A DNA stretch of 64,000 bases from an uncultured Gammaproteobacteria bacterium. Its GTDB lineage: Bacteria; Patescibacteriota; Microgenomatia; JALYQM01. A program made the translations under genes and the position numbers. The stretch covers positions 12,456 to 76,455 of the forward strand of contig CAYOFQ010000001.1 in the NCBI GenBank assembly GCA_964403585.1, read 5' to 3'. This document shows positions 44,998-54,290 of the stretch, in pieces. Every line of letters begins with the position of its first letter. Position 1 is the stretch's first letter. Under the pieces are notes generated by a model. That model saw only the letters and a program-made list of their open reading frames with translations. It ran no database searches and had not been told where the DNA came from.

Positions 44998-45840
44998 ATG
45001 AAACGTGAAGTCATAAAAGAACAGTTTGTACCACTTGCGCTTACCTGGGTAATTTTGGGAGCCCTCATCGGACTGTATTATTTGGAAATTAAATTCCTCA
45101 ACCTCTTTACTAAAGATCAAATCTCTACAGGTATAAATTTCGCTGATGTCACTATTGGACTGACCATTTATCTAAAAACGTCCATCGACTTTGCCATCTT
45201 TATGGGCAACTTAATGAAGTCCAATCCCGGCTGGAAAAATCGCATCGCCATTGAAGGGGGTACCGCGTTAGGTAATGCTCTTGGAACCTTTGCCATTTTA
45301 CTAATGTGGGACTTCTTCAAAGAAATTGCCTGGCTGCTTTTCATAATGATCTTCATAGCGTCTCTGGTGCTATTCAGATTAGCTAAAGATGGAATCGAAC
45401 ACGCCAAAGCCGAAGAAGAGAACAACTCCGATACCTTTAAGAAATTAGTGAGACATACCGAAAAGTTTGTCAGCTATATTAATAAGTTTATCGACCCCAT
45501 TTTGGACAAACTGATGCCCCATGCCAGTATGAAGACAAAACGCAATCTTACCTGGACCAGTCTCTTCATGTTTTCATTCTCAGTACCGTTCATCTTAGGA
45601 CTGGATGATTTCGCAGGCTATGTCCCGTTGTTTAATATTATTAATGTCTTTGGCTTCGGCATCGGTGTTATGCTTGGCCACACTATTTTAAACATTCTGC
45701 TTTTCTTATCGCCATCCCGAACTATCGCCTTAGTGAAAAACCCGCTTATTTCCTATTTGGGAAGTCTGGCTTTTATTGCTTTGGCTATCTGGGGTCTGTA
45801 CGAAGCTTTTCATACCTTAATCGAAGCATACCTTCATTAA
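44998..45840 (+). CDS. Hypothetical integral membrane protein (~7 TM)
   Basis: The ORF track starts at TTG 44989. ATG 44998 (MKREVIKEQF) was chosen instead. Hydrophobic throughout. Confidence 0.5.
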   Translation: MKREVIKEQFVPLALTWVILGALIGLYYLEIKFLNLFTKDQISTGINFADVTIGLTIYLKTSIDFAIFMGNLMKSNPGWKNRIAIEGGTALGNALGTFAILLMWDFFKEIAWLLFIMIFIASLVLFRLAKDGIEHAKAEEENNSDTFKKLVRHTEKFVSYINKFIDPILDKLMPHASMKTKRNLTWTSLFMFSFSVPFILGLDDFAGYVPLFNIINVFGFGIGVMLGHTILNILLFLSPSRTIALVKNPLISYLGSLAFIALAIWGLYEAFHTLIEAYLH

Positions 45841-45945
45841 GTGCGCGCTAAGATATCTCTTGACAGCGCTGTTTCCATGGTCCAAACTAATCGCATCACA
45901 CCTCTGTAACACACTAATTCTAACAACACACAACGCAGAAAGGAG

Positions 45946-46590
45946 GTGATACTTACGTACAGACTCATCCTTAGTTTCCTTACCATCGCGATAGTTTTTA
46001 CTGCCGCGACCGGTACTACCTACGCCTATTTCACGAGTTCGCAATCGTTTGCTGGAAATTTAATCTCTACAGGCAGCTTGAATTTTCAGGGGACCATGAC
46101 CGATATAACCGGGCTCCAGGAGTATTCGATTATTGAAAATAATTTTGCCCCCGGAATGACTGCCACCCGTTGTATCTTTATTCACAATTCAGGAACGTTA
46201 CCGGGACGGTTTAAAATATATCGCGGCACCGATTCGGGTGATACAACCACGCTTGGCCCAACACTCCAGGTGACGGCAACGTTATCACCTAACTCGGGAG
46301 CATGTTCTTCGCTAACGCCTCCGGGCTTTGCCAATTTAAACAGATATACGGTCACTCCCGTTACTTTGACTATTGGAATGACTGACCAGTCGTTTAAGTC
46401 GCTATCCGCTACACCAGTAAAAATTCCTAAAACAGCTGCTACCATACAGCCGGGACAATTTGCGGTGTATCGGCTGGAGATAACCTTACCGAGTACTACC
46501 ACCGCCGCAGTTAGTTCCGCCAGCTATACAGCCAATTTAGAAGTCTTCGGCATGCAAGCCGAAGGCTCTGGTACTGACTCGGATTGGTAA
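45946..46590 (+). CDS. TasA/camelysin-family secreted protein with SipW-cognate signal peptide
   Basis: N-terminus LILSFLTIAIVFTAATGTTYAYFTSSQSFAGNLISTGSLNF matches the TasA-type G-T-x-A-x-F-[ST/ND]...F-x-SG-L-L signal/cleavage region. Only a GTG start is in frame and it overlaps the AGGAGG Shine-Dalgarno sequence, so the exact start is uncertain. Confidence 0.65.
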   Translation: MILTYRLILSFLTIAIVFTAATGTTYAYFTSSQSFAGNLISTGSLNFQGTMTDITGLQEYSIIENNFAPGMTATRCIFIHNSGTLPGRFKIYRGTDSGDTTTLGPTLQVTATLSPNSGACSSLTPPGFANLNRYTVTPVTLTIGMTDQSFKSLSATPVKIPKTAATIQPGQFAVYRLEITLPSTTTAAVSSASYTANLEVFGMQAEGSGTDSDW

Positions 46591-46679
46591 AGAAAGAAAC
46601 AGCGTAGAGCAGCCTACGCTGATACTTATATGAAACAATTTTTTTTTCGATATATAAATGTAGTTCTGTAACATTCTTA

Positions 46680-47156
46680 ATGATCGCGGCATTGTTGGGC
46701 ACACTTTCCGTTGCCCGAAAAATAAATCCGGATCTGCCGCTTAAAGTACTTTCAGTTGTCTCGGGTTCCATGGAGCCTGCCATCCCGGTCGGAAGCGGAG
46801 TAGTGGTACTTTCTCAACCGTCATACTTCGACAATGACATCATTACGTTTAAATTCTCTGGTAATTTAGTAACACATCGAATAATTTTCGCCGGAAATTA
46901 TTTTTTAACGAAAGGGGATGCCAATCGATCTATCGATCCTGAGACAGTCGAGAAAGAGCAAATAGTCGGCAAGGTAATTCTACACATTCCGTATCTGGGG
47001 TATTTACAGGAGTCGACTAAGCATTTATCCGGCCTGGTTCTATTTATCATTATTCCATCATGCCTGATCATCATTCACGAAATAATTATTAGTATCAAGC
47101 TAATTAAAAGTTATCGGTTCCGTTTCCTGTCTCGCCGCAACTCCCGAAGTTCCTGA
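46680..47156 (+). CDS. sipW: Type I signal peptidase, archaeal/eukaryal-type (S26B; SipW-like)
   Basis: VVSGSMEP (Ser box), GDIITFK, LVTHRII (His box) and LTKGDANRSIDP (box D). Confidence 0.8.
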   Translation: MIAALLGTLSVARKINPDLPLKVLSVVSGSMEPAIPVGSGVVVLSQPSYFDNDIITFKFSGNLVTHRIIFAGNYFLTKGDANRSIDPETVEKEQIVGKVILHIPYLGYLQESTKHLSGLVLFIIIPSCLIIIHEIIISIKLIKSYRFRFLSRRNSRSS

Positions 47157-49390
47157 TCCATATCCCGCTGCATTTCCGCCAAGCGCTGACTAAGATCATT
47201 GGTCTGATTTATCGGTACGAAAGAGGGAGTCGCGAAAGGACGATTAGTCGAGTCACCGGCAACATTCGGCTGAAGTACACTTGGATCAGTCAGACCCATT
47301 CCTGCCTGTAAGTCCTGAACCTGCTTTCGTACCGAATTACAATTGGATTCGACACTTCCGGCGATATAAACTTCTCGCGCCGAATTAAATTCATAAAAAA
47401 GTTTTTCTTGACCATTATCATTAACCCGTTTCTCCACCAGGGAACACATTTCTCCCTCGATCACTCCTGGTGGACGGGCAAATTGCTCAAAGCCCGTATC
47501 TTTAAGAGTTCCTTCCATAATATCTTTCCAGATCGGAGCCGCTCCTAAAGAGCCCGCAACACTATCCATCTCCGTGTTGTCGTTATTCCCAACCCACACC
47601 CCAACCACCAGCGACGGAGTATACCCAATCGTCCAGGCGTCCCTGTATTCATCGGTAGTACCTGTTTTGACAGCAGCCGGTCTGCCGCTCGGCAACTTTA
47701 GTGAAGTCGATCCAAACACCTCTTGTCGTGCCGTATTATCCGACAAAATATTAGTTGTAATATAAACGGCTCCTTCATTTGCTACACGCTGTGGTTCATG
47801 TTCATGTATATATATCGTTTGCCCGTATTTATCGACAATTTTTTCAATGGCATATGCCTGGTTATAAATTCCGGTGTTGGCCAACGTCGCATATCCTGTG
47901 GTCATCTCCAGTGGTGTAACTTCACCACCACCAAGTACCAGACTTAATCCGTAATTCGACGGTTCACCTAAACTTTTTACACCCAGTGATTTAGCGTAAT
48001 TAAGTCCGTCTTCAACTCCAACCATCTTCATCGTTTGCACAGCCGGCAAGTTTAGAGAATTTGCTAACGCTCGCCGCGTCGTAACTTTTCCGCGGAACTT
48101 TCCGTCATAATTCTTCGGCTTATAATTACCACCAAAGTCAGTCGGGGTATCATCCAGTTGCGTTGCTGCAGTAATAAGTTTCCGTTCGATAGCTCGTGTA
48201 TAAATATAAGGCTTAAAAGAGGAACCCGGCTGTTGATTGGATAACGTAATATTCACCTTCCCATCGATAGCGTCATTATCCCAATCCGCCGAACCGACCA
48301 TTGCCATGATTGCACCGTTCTTTGGATTAAGCACCACAGCTGCACCATTGGTGACTTTATTTTTAGCTAAATTACGCACCTGTTTTGTCACTTCTTCTTG
48401 AGATAAATCCTGCACCCGCGAATCAAGAGTAGTAAACACACGGTAACCGAAACGCTCCAGAGAGTCTTCACCAAATTGATTAAGTATTCGTTGACGGATA
48501 TATAAAGAGAAGTGGGGATATTTACCTTGAACTATTTTTCGTTCTACGAAAGTTAATTTTTCTTTTGTTGCTTCTTCCATGTCCGTAGCAGTAATAAATT
48601 TCTCATCATGCATTCGTTGAAGAACAAATAATTGGCGCTTAATCGCCAGATCGGTATTGGTAGAGAGAGTGGAGGGAGCATTAGGTAAAGCTGCTAAAAA
48701 CGCTGCTTGAGCCAGAGATACTTTTTCAATCGGCACACCAAAGTACGCAAGCGATGCCTCACCAATCCCATACGCACCTCGACCATAATAGCTTGAGTTA
48801 AGGTACATCTCCAAAACCTGGTCCTTGCTATACCGTTTATCAACACCTACTGCTAACACCAGCTCCTTCAACTTTCGTGTATATGATTTTGAACGGTCAT
48901 CAAGCAGAGCATTTTTTACCAACTGTTGCGTAATGGTTGAACCTCCATAGGCGTAGGCATTACTCTTCTGGAAATTCAGCGCAATCGAGCGGAATATACC
49001 GCCCCACGAAAAACCCTGGTGATCATAAAACTGGGCGTCTTCAACAGCCAGTGTGGCGTATTTCGCTACCCGCGGCACTGCGGTAATGGAGACATTCCCG
49101 ACCTCATGCGCGCCATCACTCTCGTAAATAATCTGGTTATTTTTATCGTAAATTATTAATCCCCGGAAATGGCGATTCAGAAGGCGATCCTTAGAAACCA
49201 GATCTTCTGCGTAAACTACATATGTTTGGAAGGCAAAAAGTAAACCGAAGGCCAGGAAAATAAGGCCAAAAAAGAAAAAGAGTGCAATATACACGCCACG
49301 CCGGCGCTTACTTTCAATTCGCTCCAGTAAGGTTACCGGTTCTTTATGAATGTGCAAAAAAGGAAAGCGGCGCGACACATGAATTTGCAT
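47111..49390 (-). CDS. Bifunctional class A penicillin-binding protein (GT51 transglycosylase + transpeptidase)
   Basis: EDAQFYDHQGFSWGG and RGAYG-like (GT51 motifs), SNQQPGSSFKP (SxxK), SLN, KTGTTDEY (KTG), with an N-terminal TM anchor. The 3' end overlaps sipW convergently by 46 nt. Confidence 0.85.
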   Translation of the reverse strand: MQIHVSRRFPFLHIHKEPVTLLERIESKRRRGVYIALFFFFGLIFLAFGLLFAFQTYVVYAEDLVSKDRLLNRHFRGLIIYDKNNQIIYESDGAHEVGNVSITAVPRVAKYATLAVEDAQFYDHQGFSWGGIFRSIALNFQKSNAYAYGGSTITQQLVKNALLDDRSKSYTRKLKELVLAVGVDKRYSKDQVLEMYLNSSYYGRGAYGIGEASLAYFGVPIEKVSLAQAAFLAALPNAPSTLSTNTDLAIKRQLFVLQRMHDEKFITATDMEEATKEKLTFVERKIVQGKYPHFSLYIRQRILNQFGEDSLERFGYRVFTTLDSRVQDLSQEEVTKQVRNLAKNKVTNGAAVVLNPKNGAIMAMVGSADWDNDAIDGKVNITLSNQQPGSSFKPYIYTRAIERKLITAATQLDDTPTDFGGNYKPKNYDGKFRGKVTTRRALANSLNLPAVQTMKMVGVEDGLNYAKSLGVKSLGEPSNYGLSLVLGGGEVTPLEMTTGYATLANTGIYNQAYAIEKIVDKYGQTIYIHEHEPQRVANEGAVYITTNILSDNTARQEVFGSTSLKLPSGRPAAVKTGTTDEYRDAWTIGYTPSLVVGVWVGNNDNTEMDSVAGSLGAAPIWKDIMEGTLKDTGFEQFARPPGVIEGEMCSLVEKRVNDNGQEKLFYEFNSAREVYIAGSVESNCNSVRKQVQDLQAGMGLTDPSVLQPNVAGDSTNRPFATPSFVPINQTNDLSQRLAEMQRDMDQELRELRRDRKRNR

Positions 49391-49455
49391 AATAATAGTA
49401 TACCATTAATATAACTTCAGGTACATATTCTTAGTAGTAAGGGAAAAACAAACCA

Positions 49456-50124
49456 CTAAATAATTTCTATAGTCTTCAGTACCTCATCTACTCCTGCCTT
49501 AAGTAGCGTATCGGAGGGGGATATGGAGATAATATAGAAGTAATTTTTAGTCGCAAACACAACCTCTCTATTCGCACTGGCTGCTGCTAAGTAAAGCCGT
49601 TCAATCCCGTCAAAGGAATCAACAGTACGGTTGTTTTCTTCTTTTACGGCAGTCGTCGACATCGCCTCTTTATAGAACTTCAGTCGGGTCTCTAAAAATT
49701 CAGTTAATTTCTGTTTTGAACTCTCTTTTTTGGCACGGGTAATAGTAAGAGCAACCACATCTTTGGTCAACTTATCGTCAGTCAGGGTTTTTGGATCATA
49801 ACTCGTAATCTTTATCTTCGCCGAGTCGGAAGCCGCAACATACCAGTTTGCCGGATATTCCAGTTTGATACTTAAATCATCATTGGAGAGCTTCTTCCAT
49901 TCTGCCGTCGCAGATAAAGGTGAAGCCGAAGCACTCGCCACAGGAGAGGAAGAAGCTACCAGCGAAGCACTCGGAGTCGCACTGACGATTACCGTATTCG
50001 AAGTTGTGCTCCGTGTTGGCATAGCCGTCGATCGCTCAATCAATAAGAACAACAATCCACCAGTTGAGCCAATTGCGACTAAAAATAAAACAATAACTAA
50101 CCACTTAGGAAGTAACATATACAA
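49456..50124 (-). CDS. Hypothetical membrane-anchored protein with Ser/Ala-rich linker
   Basis: N-terminal TM (WLVIVLFLVAIGSTGGLLFLL) followed by an S/A/T linker and a ~140-aa domain. Confidence 0.45.
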   Translation of the reverse strand: MYMLLPKWLVIVLFLVAIGSTGGLLFLLIERSTAMPTRSTTSNTVIVSATPSASLVASSSPVASASASPLSATAEWKKLSNDDLSIKLEYPANWYVAASDSAKIKITSYDPKTLTDDKLTKDVVALTITRAKKESSKQKLTEFLETRLKFYKEAMSTTAVKEENNRTVDSFDGIERLYLAAASANREVVFATKNYFYIISISPSDTLLKAGVDEVLKTIEII

Positions 50125-50364
50125 AGATATCTAAAAGATATCACGAGCAAAAATCGTGCGCAACTTGACAAATAAGCACAACAAACCTATACTTAGCCCT
50201 TAGTTAAGCAAAAAATATAGCGGGGTAGTGTAAAGTGCACGTGAGGCTCATAATCTCACAGACCCGGAGCGTTACCGGGCCCCGCAACACAGAAAATACC
50301 GATCTCGAAAAGGGGTCGGTATTTTGTTTTTTAATACGATGCCTGTTTGACTGTGAAACTTATT

Positions 50365-50480
50365 CGGCTTTGCGCAGGCGAACTTCCGCCCTGGGGTAAG
50401 TATACGCTGGGGATAAGTCCGTGGGGTGAATAGAGATTAAGAAAGATAAACTGGAGCATGTTCGGCTAGCAAAACGAATA
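50365..50480. repeat. Intergenic repeat element, copy D (TTTGCGCAGGCGAACTTCCGCCCTGGGG...CTGGAGCATGTTCGGCTAGCAAAACGAATAAG)
   Basis: The 5' block matches copy C's first block and copy B's start. The 3' block is degenerate relative to A and B. Confidence 0.5.
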
Positions 50481-50574
50481 AGTGAGCAGGTTATCTTAGG
50501 CAGCCAGGTAGTCATCAATATAAGAGAACTATAGATTTTCCTACACAAGTACGGTAAAATCGTAAAGACCAACT

Positions 50575-50646
50575 GGCAGGGTAGCTCAACGGTGGAGCAA
50601 TGGAATCATAACCCATCGGTTGTGGGTTCGAGTCCCACCCCTGCCA
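50575..50646 (+). tRNA. tRNA with CAT anticodon (Met, or Ile2 if lysidine-modified)
   Basis: Cloverleaf folded by hand: acceptor GGCAGGG/CCCTGCC, D arm GCTC..GAGC, anticodon stem ATGGA/CCCAT with one A-C mismatch, loop ATCATAA, T arm GTGGG-TTCGAGT-CCCAC, discriminator A. CCA is not encoded. Confidence 0.75.
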
Positions 50647-50885
50647 CACTAAGCATTGTGCAACACATGCCCCTGACCCGTAACCGCCCGAATCACCCCC
50701 CCGGCATCCCTTGTTCAACTAACTTCTCTCGTAAGCGCTGCATCTGCTTATTAATCGCCTGTAGAGAAAAATCGTCCTCCGAATCTTTCCACAAAATCTT
50801 CCCAAAACCTACGGCGTTTTATTCGAGGCTCAGAGCCGCGGTAATAGGGCATTGTAAGCGATAGGTAGTAGGGGATTTTTGTAAT

Positions 50886-51254
50886 CTATCCAAAAAACAA
50901 CTTCCACCAGTTTCCAACTTCACCAAACACAAACCCGCCATGCGAACTCTCATCAACCTCTATTTCAGGTAAAGTCACCGGCTTTTCCTTAGCAGGTGGG
51001 ACTATATATACAACATCACCCTCACGCGCAAATCCCAGTTTTTCGCGGGCAATTTTTTCAGCATAGGTATCTGTCTTCACAAACTCAAATTGAGCTTGCT
51101 TTTCCTCATAGCGTTTTGCTAGAATATCTCGCTGTATTTTGAACTCAGCTATACGCTTCTGAGACTGCAATATCGCCACAATTCGGCTAATACAGTTAAA
51201 GATCACGAATAACTCTATAATTACGATAGAAATTAACCAGAAAGTACGCCTCAT
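50886..51254 (-). CDS. ftsB: FtsB/DivIC-like septum formation initiator
   Basis: Single TM (FWLISIVIIELFVIF), a coiled coil, then ...AEKIAREKLGFAREGDVVYIV, the conserved FtsB/DivIC C-terminus. The start was set at the internal Met MRRTFW. Confidence 0.65.
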   Translation of the reverse strand: MRRTFWLISIVIIELFVIFNCISRIVAILQSQKRIAEFKIQRDILAKRYEEKQAQFEFVKTDTYAEKIAREKLGFAREGDVVYIVPPAKEKPVTLPEIEVDESSHGGFVFGEVGNWWKLFFG

Positions 51255-51386
51255 AAGCTTATAGTATATATTATTGACACAATAAATACTTAGGTGTATA
51301 CTCAGAATCCTGTACTTGCACAGAAACGGCAAAAACAGTTACAATGAAACTATAACATAGATTATAATTTAATTTGATATAAATAT

Positions 51387-52262
51387 ATGATTCCATTACA
51401 CGAAGCCCACTCCAAGTTTATTGGTCACCTTAATGATAAGAAACGTTCCAAGTCTACCGTTTTGGCCTACGGTAAAGATATTGAGCAATTGCTCCAGTAC
51501 CTCAAAGGGAGTGGCGTAACCCACGTTCACCATGTCAAAAAAGACGACATCGAAAAATTCATGAAGAAATTAACCGATGAAGGGTACACATCCAAGAGTA
51601 TATCCCGTAAAACCAACTCCACCAAGACCTTCTTTCGCTATCTCCAGATCAACGAGTTCATTTCAGATGATCCGGCCGCATTGGTAGCACATCCTTCATA
51701 CGAAACCAAAGCACCGCGTATCCTTTCCAAAACCGAATACCGCGCGCTTCGCGATTCAGCTAAGAACGATATCCGTATTTACACTATTATAGAACTGCTT
51801 CTTCAGACCGGAATTCGTATTGGAGAGCTTGCTAACTTAAAGATTGAAGACATCTCCTTTGGCGAAGAAAATATCCCCGGCGAAATTAGAGTAACCGAAG
51901 CCGGAAAAATGAATCGCTCCATCCCGCTTAATAAGTCCTCGGAAGCTGCCTTAAAGAAATATTTGGAAATTCGACCTCAAGTTAAAGAAAAAACATTATT
52001 TATTACTAAAACCGGACGACCATTACTGGTACGCAATATCCGCACCGCTATCGATAGATACTTCAAGCTTGCCGGTATTAAGAATGCCAAGGTCAATGAC
52101 CTCCGACACACCTTCGTAGCACATCACCTGAAAGCCGGAGCTAACTTAGTCTTAATTTCCAAACTCGCCGGACACAAACGCATTTCAACTACTGAAAAGT
52201 ATTTGGAATATATTCAGCCGGACGAAGAAACAACCGATAAAGTTAAATTAGAAGAACTCTAA
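51387..52262 (+). CDS. Tyrosine site-specific recombinase, XerC/XerD family
   Basis: N-terminal SAM-like domain with TVLAYGKDIEQLLQYL. Catalytic LRHTFVAHHLKAGANLVLISKLAGHKRISTTEKYLE contains the R...HxxR...Y signature. Confidence 0.8.
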   Translation: MIPLHEAHSKFIGHLNDKKRSKSTVLAYGKDIEQLLQYLKGSGVTHVHHVKKDDIEKFMKKLTDEGYTSKSISRKTNSTKTFFRYLQINEFISDDPAALVAHPSYETKAPRILSKTEYRALRDSAKNDIRIYTIIELLLQTGIRIGELANLKIEDISFGEENIPGEIRVTEAGKMNRSIPLNKSSEAALKKYLEIRPQVKEKTLFITKTGRPLLVRNIRTAIDRYFKLAGIKNAKVNDLRHTFVAHHLKAGANLVLISKLAGHKRISTTEKYLEYIQPDEETTDKVKLEEL

Positions 52263-52263
52263 A

Positions 52264-52818
52264 ATGATTCTCATTGCCGGACTCGGTAATCCCGAAAAAC
52301 AGTACGACAACACACGTCATAACATTGGTTTTATGGCCGCTGATCGTTTGCGCGCCGAGCTGGCACCAACCGAAAAATGGTCACCAAGTGCTAAGCTCCA
52401 CGGTGAAATTATTAAATCCGGAAATCTTATTTTGTTAAAACCAACCACATATATGAACCTGTCTGGCCGGGCGATCAAAGCTACGGCGCAGATGTATAAA
52501 ATAAATCCTGCCGATATTTGGATACTCCACGATGAATTGGATTTAGAATTCGGCAGAATTAAAATCCAGGTGGGTGGAGGAGCAGCGGGTCACAACGGGA
52601 TTAAATCCATTGTCGAAAGTATAGGCACACCGGAGTTTATCCGCTGGCGGGTCGGTATTGGTCGGCCGCCCGGAGAAATCCCCTCAGCAGACTACGTACT
52701 GGATAAATTTACCGTAAAAGAGGAACCGACTCTTCACGAAATTCTCAATCGGCTTACCGAATCGGTGAACTATGCACTTCAAAATACAGTTATTGCAACA
52801 ATGAACAAATATAACTAG
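52264..52818 (+). CDS. pth: Peptidyl-tRNA hydrolase
   Basis: MILIAGLGNPEKQYDNTRHNIGF... is the canonical Pth N-terminus with the catalytic His. Confidence 0.9.
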   Translation: MILIAGLGNPEKQYDNTRHNIGFMAADRLRAELAPTEKWSPSAKLHGEIIKSGNLILLKPTTYMNLSGRAIKATAQMYKINPADIWILHDELDLEFGRIKIQVGGGAAGHNGIKSIVESIGTPEFIRWRVGIGRPPGEIPSADYVLDKFTVKEEPTLHEILNRLTESVNYALQNTVIATMNKYN

Positions 52819-52827
52819 AATAACAGT

Positions 52828-53436
52828 ATGTACACCTTAAGTCGCAGATATAAGGTCTCACTCGTAATTCCGGTATTATTTCTAATTCAGTTAGCAATTA
52901 CTGCAATTGTGTCTTCACAGGTTACAGTTCGTGTCGGAGCCACCAGTCCTACAGTCTCTTCTTTAGGCACCGCCTTGTATCTTCTCGAAGTTATTGGAGT
53001 ATTTATACTCTCGGTACTGTTTCTTTCCTGTGAAACATTAATTAGAGTGTATATTACAGATAAAGATGCTCCGCAAAATCAGGCAATTGCCCAGGCCCTA
53101 AAGACTTCTTCTGGAAAAAATTGGCTATCGGTTCTTAATAGGGCCGAACTGGCCGAAGGTACGAATAAAGTAACTCATTCGGTGTTATTTCAGTTAATGG
53201 TCCTGGTGATGTGTTTTTATGCCTCGACCAGCTCTAACTCGGTATTAGGCAAAGGCCTGGCACTCTCTATAATGTTACAGACATTGGTGGATATGGCCAT
53301 CTTATTAAAAAATAAATATGATCTGTCTTCCTGGTTTTGGCAGATCAATGCCAGATTCCCCTTACAGGCACATCAGATATATTTTGGTGTAGTAACCTTT
53401 ATATATCTCCTCTGTGTAATATTCAGCTTAAGATAA
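52828..53436 (+). CDS. Hypothetical integral membrane protein
   Basis: Multiple hydrophobic helices. No motif recognised. Confidence 0.4.
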   Translation: MYTLSRRYKVSLVIPVLFLIQLAITAIVSSQVTVRVGATSPTVSSLGTALYLLEVIGVFILSVLFLSCETLIRVYITDKDAPQNQAIAQALKTSSGKNWLSVLNRAELAEGTNKVTHSVLFQLMVLVMCFYASTSSNSVLGKGLALSIMLQTLVDMAILLKNKYDLSSWFWQINARFPLQAHQIYFGVVTFIYLLCVIFSLR

Positions 53437-53448
53437 ATTTGAAAATAA

Positions 53449-54192
53449 TTATTCAGCCAATCTGGTAAAGACAAGCAGTCGTTTTGTGGTAAAGCCTGGA
53501 GGTTCACAGGTAACGAGTGTCATTGTTTTTCCATTGTGGTAGCGGAGAACACGGGTGTCTTTTGGATCGACAACTTCCATACCTTCAACAACATAAGTAT
53601 ACGTAGTGTCTCCCCAGTGAAGATTAACCGTATCCGTCGCATTAAGCGTGTCTAAAGTAGTAAAAATACTTAAATAATTCTTCGGATTATAAAAAGTAGG
53701 CAAAATACTATGACCGTAAATAATTGCATTGCCGTCAGTACCCGGATAAGCACTACCTTTATAATGGGCCAGCGACTTTAGCAACACGGGTTTATAAATA
53801 TCTTCATTGTTCGACAAAACATCAGTGGTAACGACAGCATCCTTAATCCCAAGTTTATTAATGCTGAGACCAAAAGTAGGGAAGATCACATCCGAGTCGC
53901 CTGCAGCATTTACAGAACCCGGATCGGTTACTTCATTTTTAGAGGTATTTGGATTCTGTGCAACAAACGCTGATGCCGGTACCGTATCAAGAACACGGAC
54001 AAGGCCTGGCTTATTCGCTATTTGGTTCTCTTTAAGTCCCCACAAATAGTAGTAGCCACCAACGTAACTGAAAAGCGAAAGACCAACAAATAAAAAGCTG
54101 GCACTAACCGCTTTACGACCCTTTTCGCGCATTACTTGATGTTGGATGAAAAGCGCCTCGGTATTGGCTTTTACGTACGAATAAGGACGCAT
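53449..54192 (-). CDS. Sortase-family transpeptidase
   Basis: N-terminal TM anchor, catalytic His region IIYGHSILPT, the TLVTCEPP (TLxTC) active-site Cys motif and a downstream Arg (TKRLLV). Confidence 0.75.
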   Translation of the reverse strand: MRPYSYVKANTEALFIQHQVMREKGRKAVSASFLFVGLSLFSYVGGYYYLWGLKENQIANKPGLVRVLDTVPASAFVAQNPNTSKNEVTDPGSVNAAGDSDVIFPTFGLSINKLGIKDAVVTTDVLSNNEDIYKPVLLKSLAHYKGSAYPGTDGNAIIYGHSILPTFYNPKNYLSIFTTLDTLNATDTVNLHWGDTTYTYVVEGMEVVDPKDTRVLRYHNGKTMTLVTCEPPGFTTKRLLVFTRLAE

Positions 54193-54290
54193 AGGCAGGA
54201 TAAAACAGAACTAATAGACATAGGATAGCAGGAATGTAAGGAGAGGACAAGCTGCTTGACAAGAAGCTCAATAAAATTCACACTGCAGTC

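Noticed and set aside
45910-45948. ORF-track GTG start of the TasA-like gene at 45946
   Set aside because: As a start-site call only: the GTG overlaps the AGGAGG Shine-Dalgarno sequence, so the true initiation codon may be non-canonical or slightly downstream. The gene itself is retained.
50592-50864. 90-aa plus-strand ORF
   Set aside because: It begins inside the tRNA(CAT) gene and runs through a non-coding tract. There is no Shine-Dalgarno sequence and the composition is low-complexity.
51387-52262. Tyrosine recombinase next to a tRNA, as a possible prophage or integrative-element integrase
   Set aside because: Its size, its XerC/D-like N-terminal domain and its position directly upstream of pth suggest a housekeeping Xer recombinase. 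No phage or ICE cargo genes flank it; only a low-interest note on the adjacent non-coding tract was kept.
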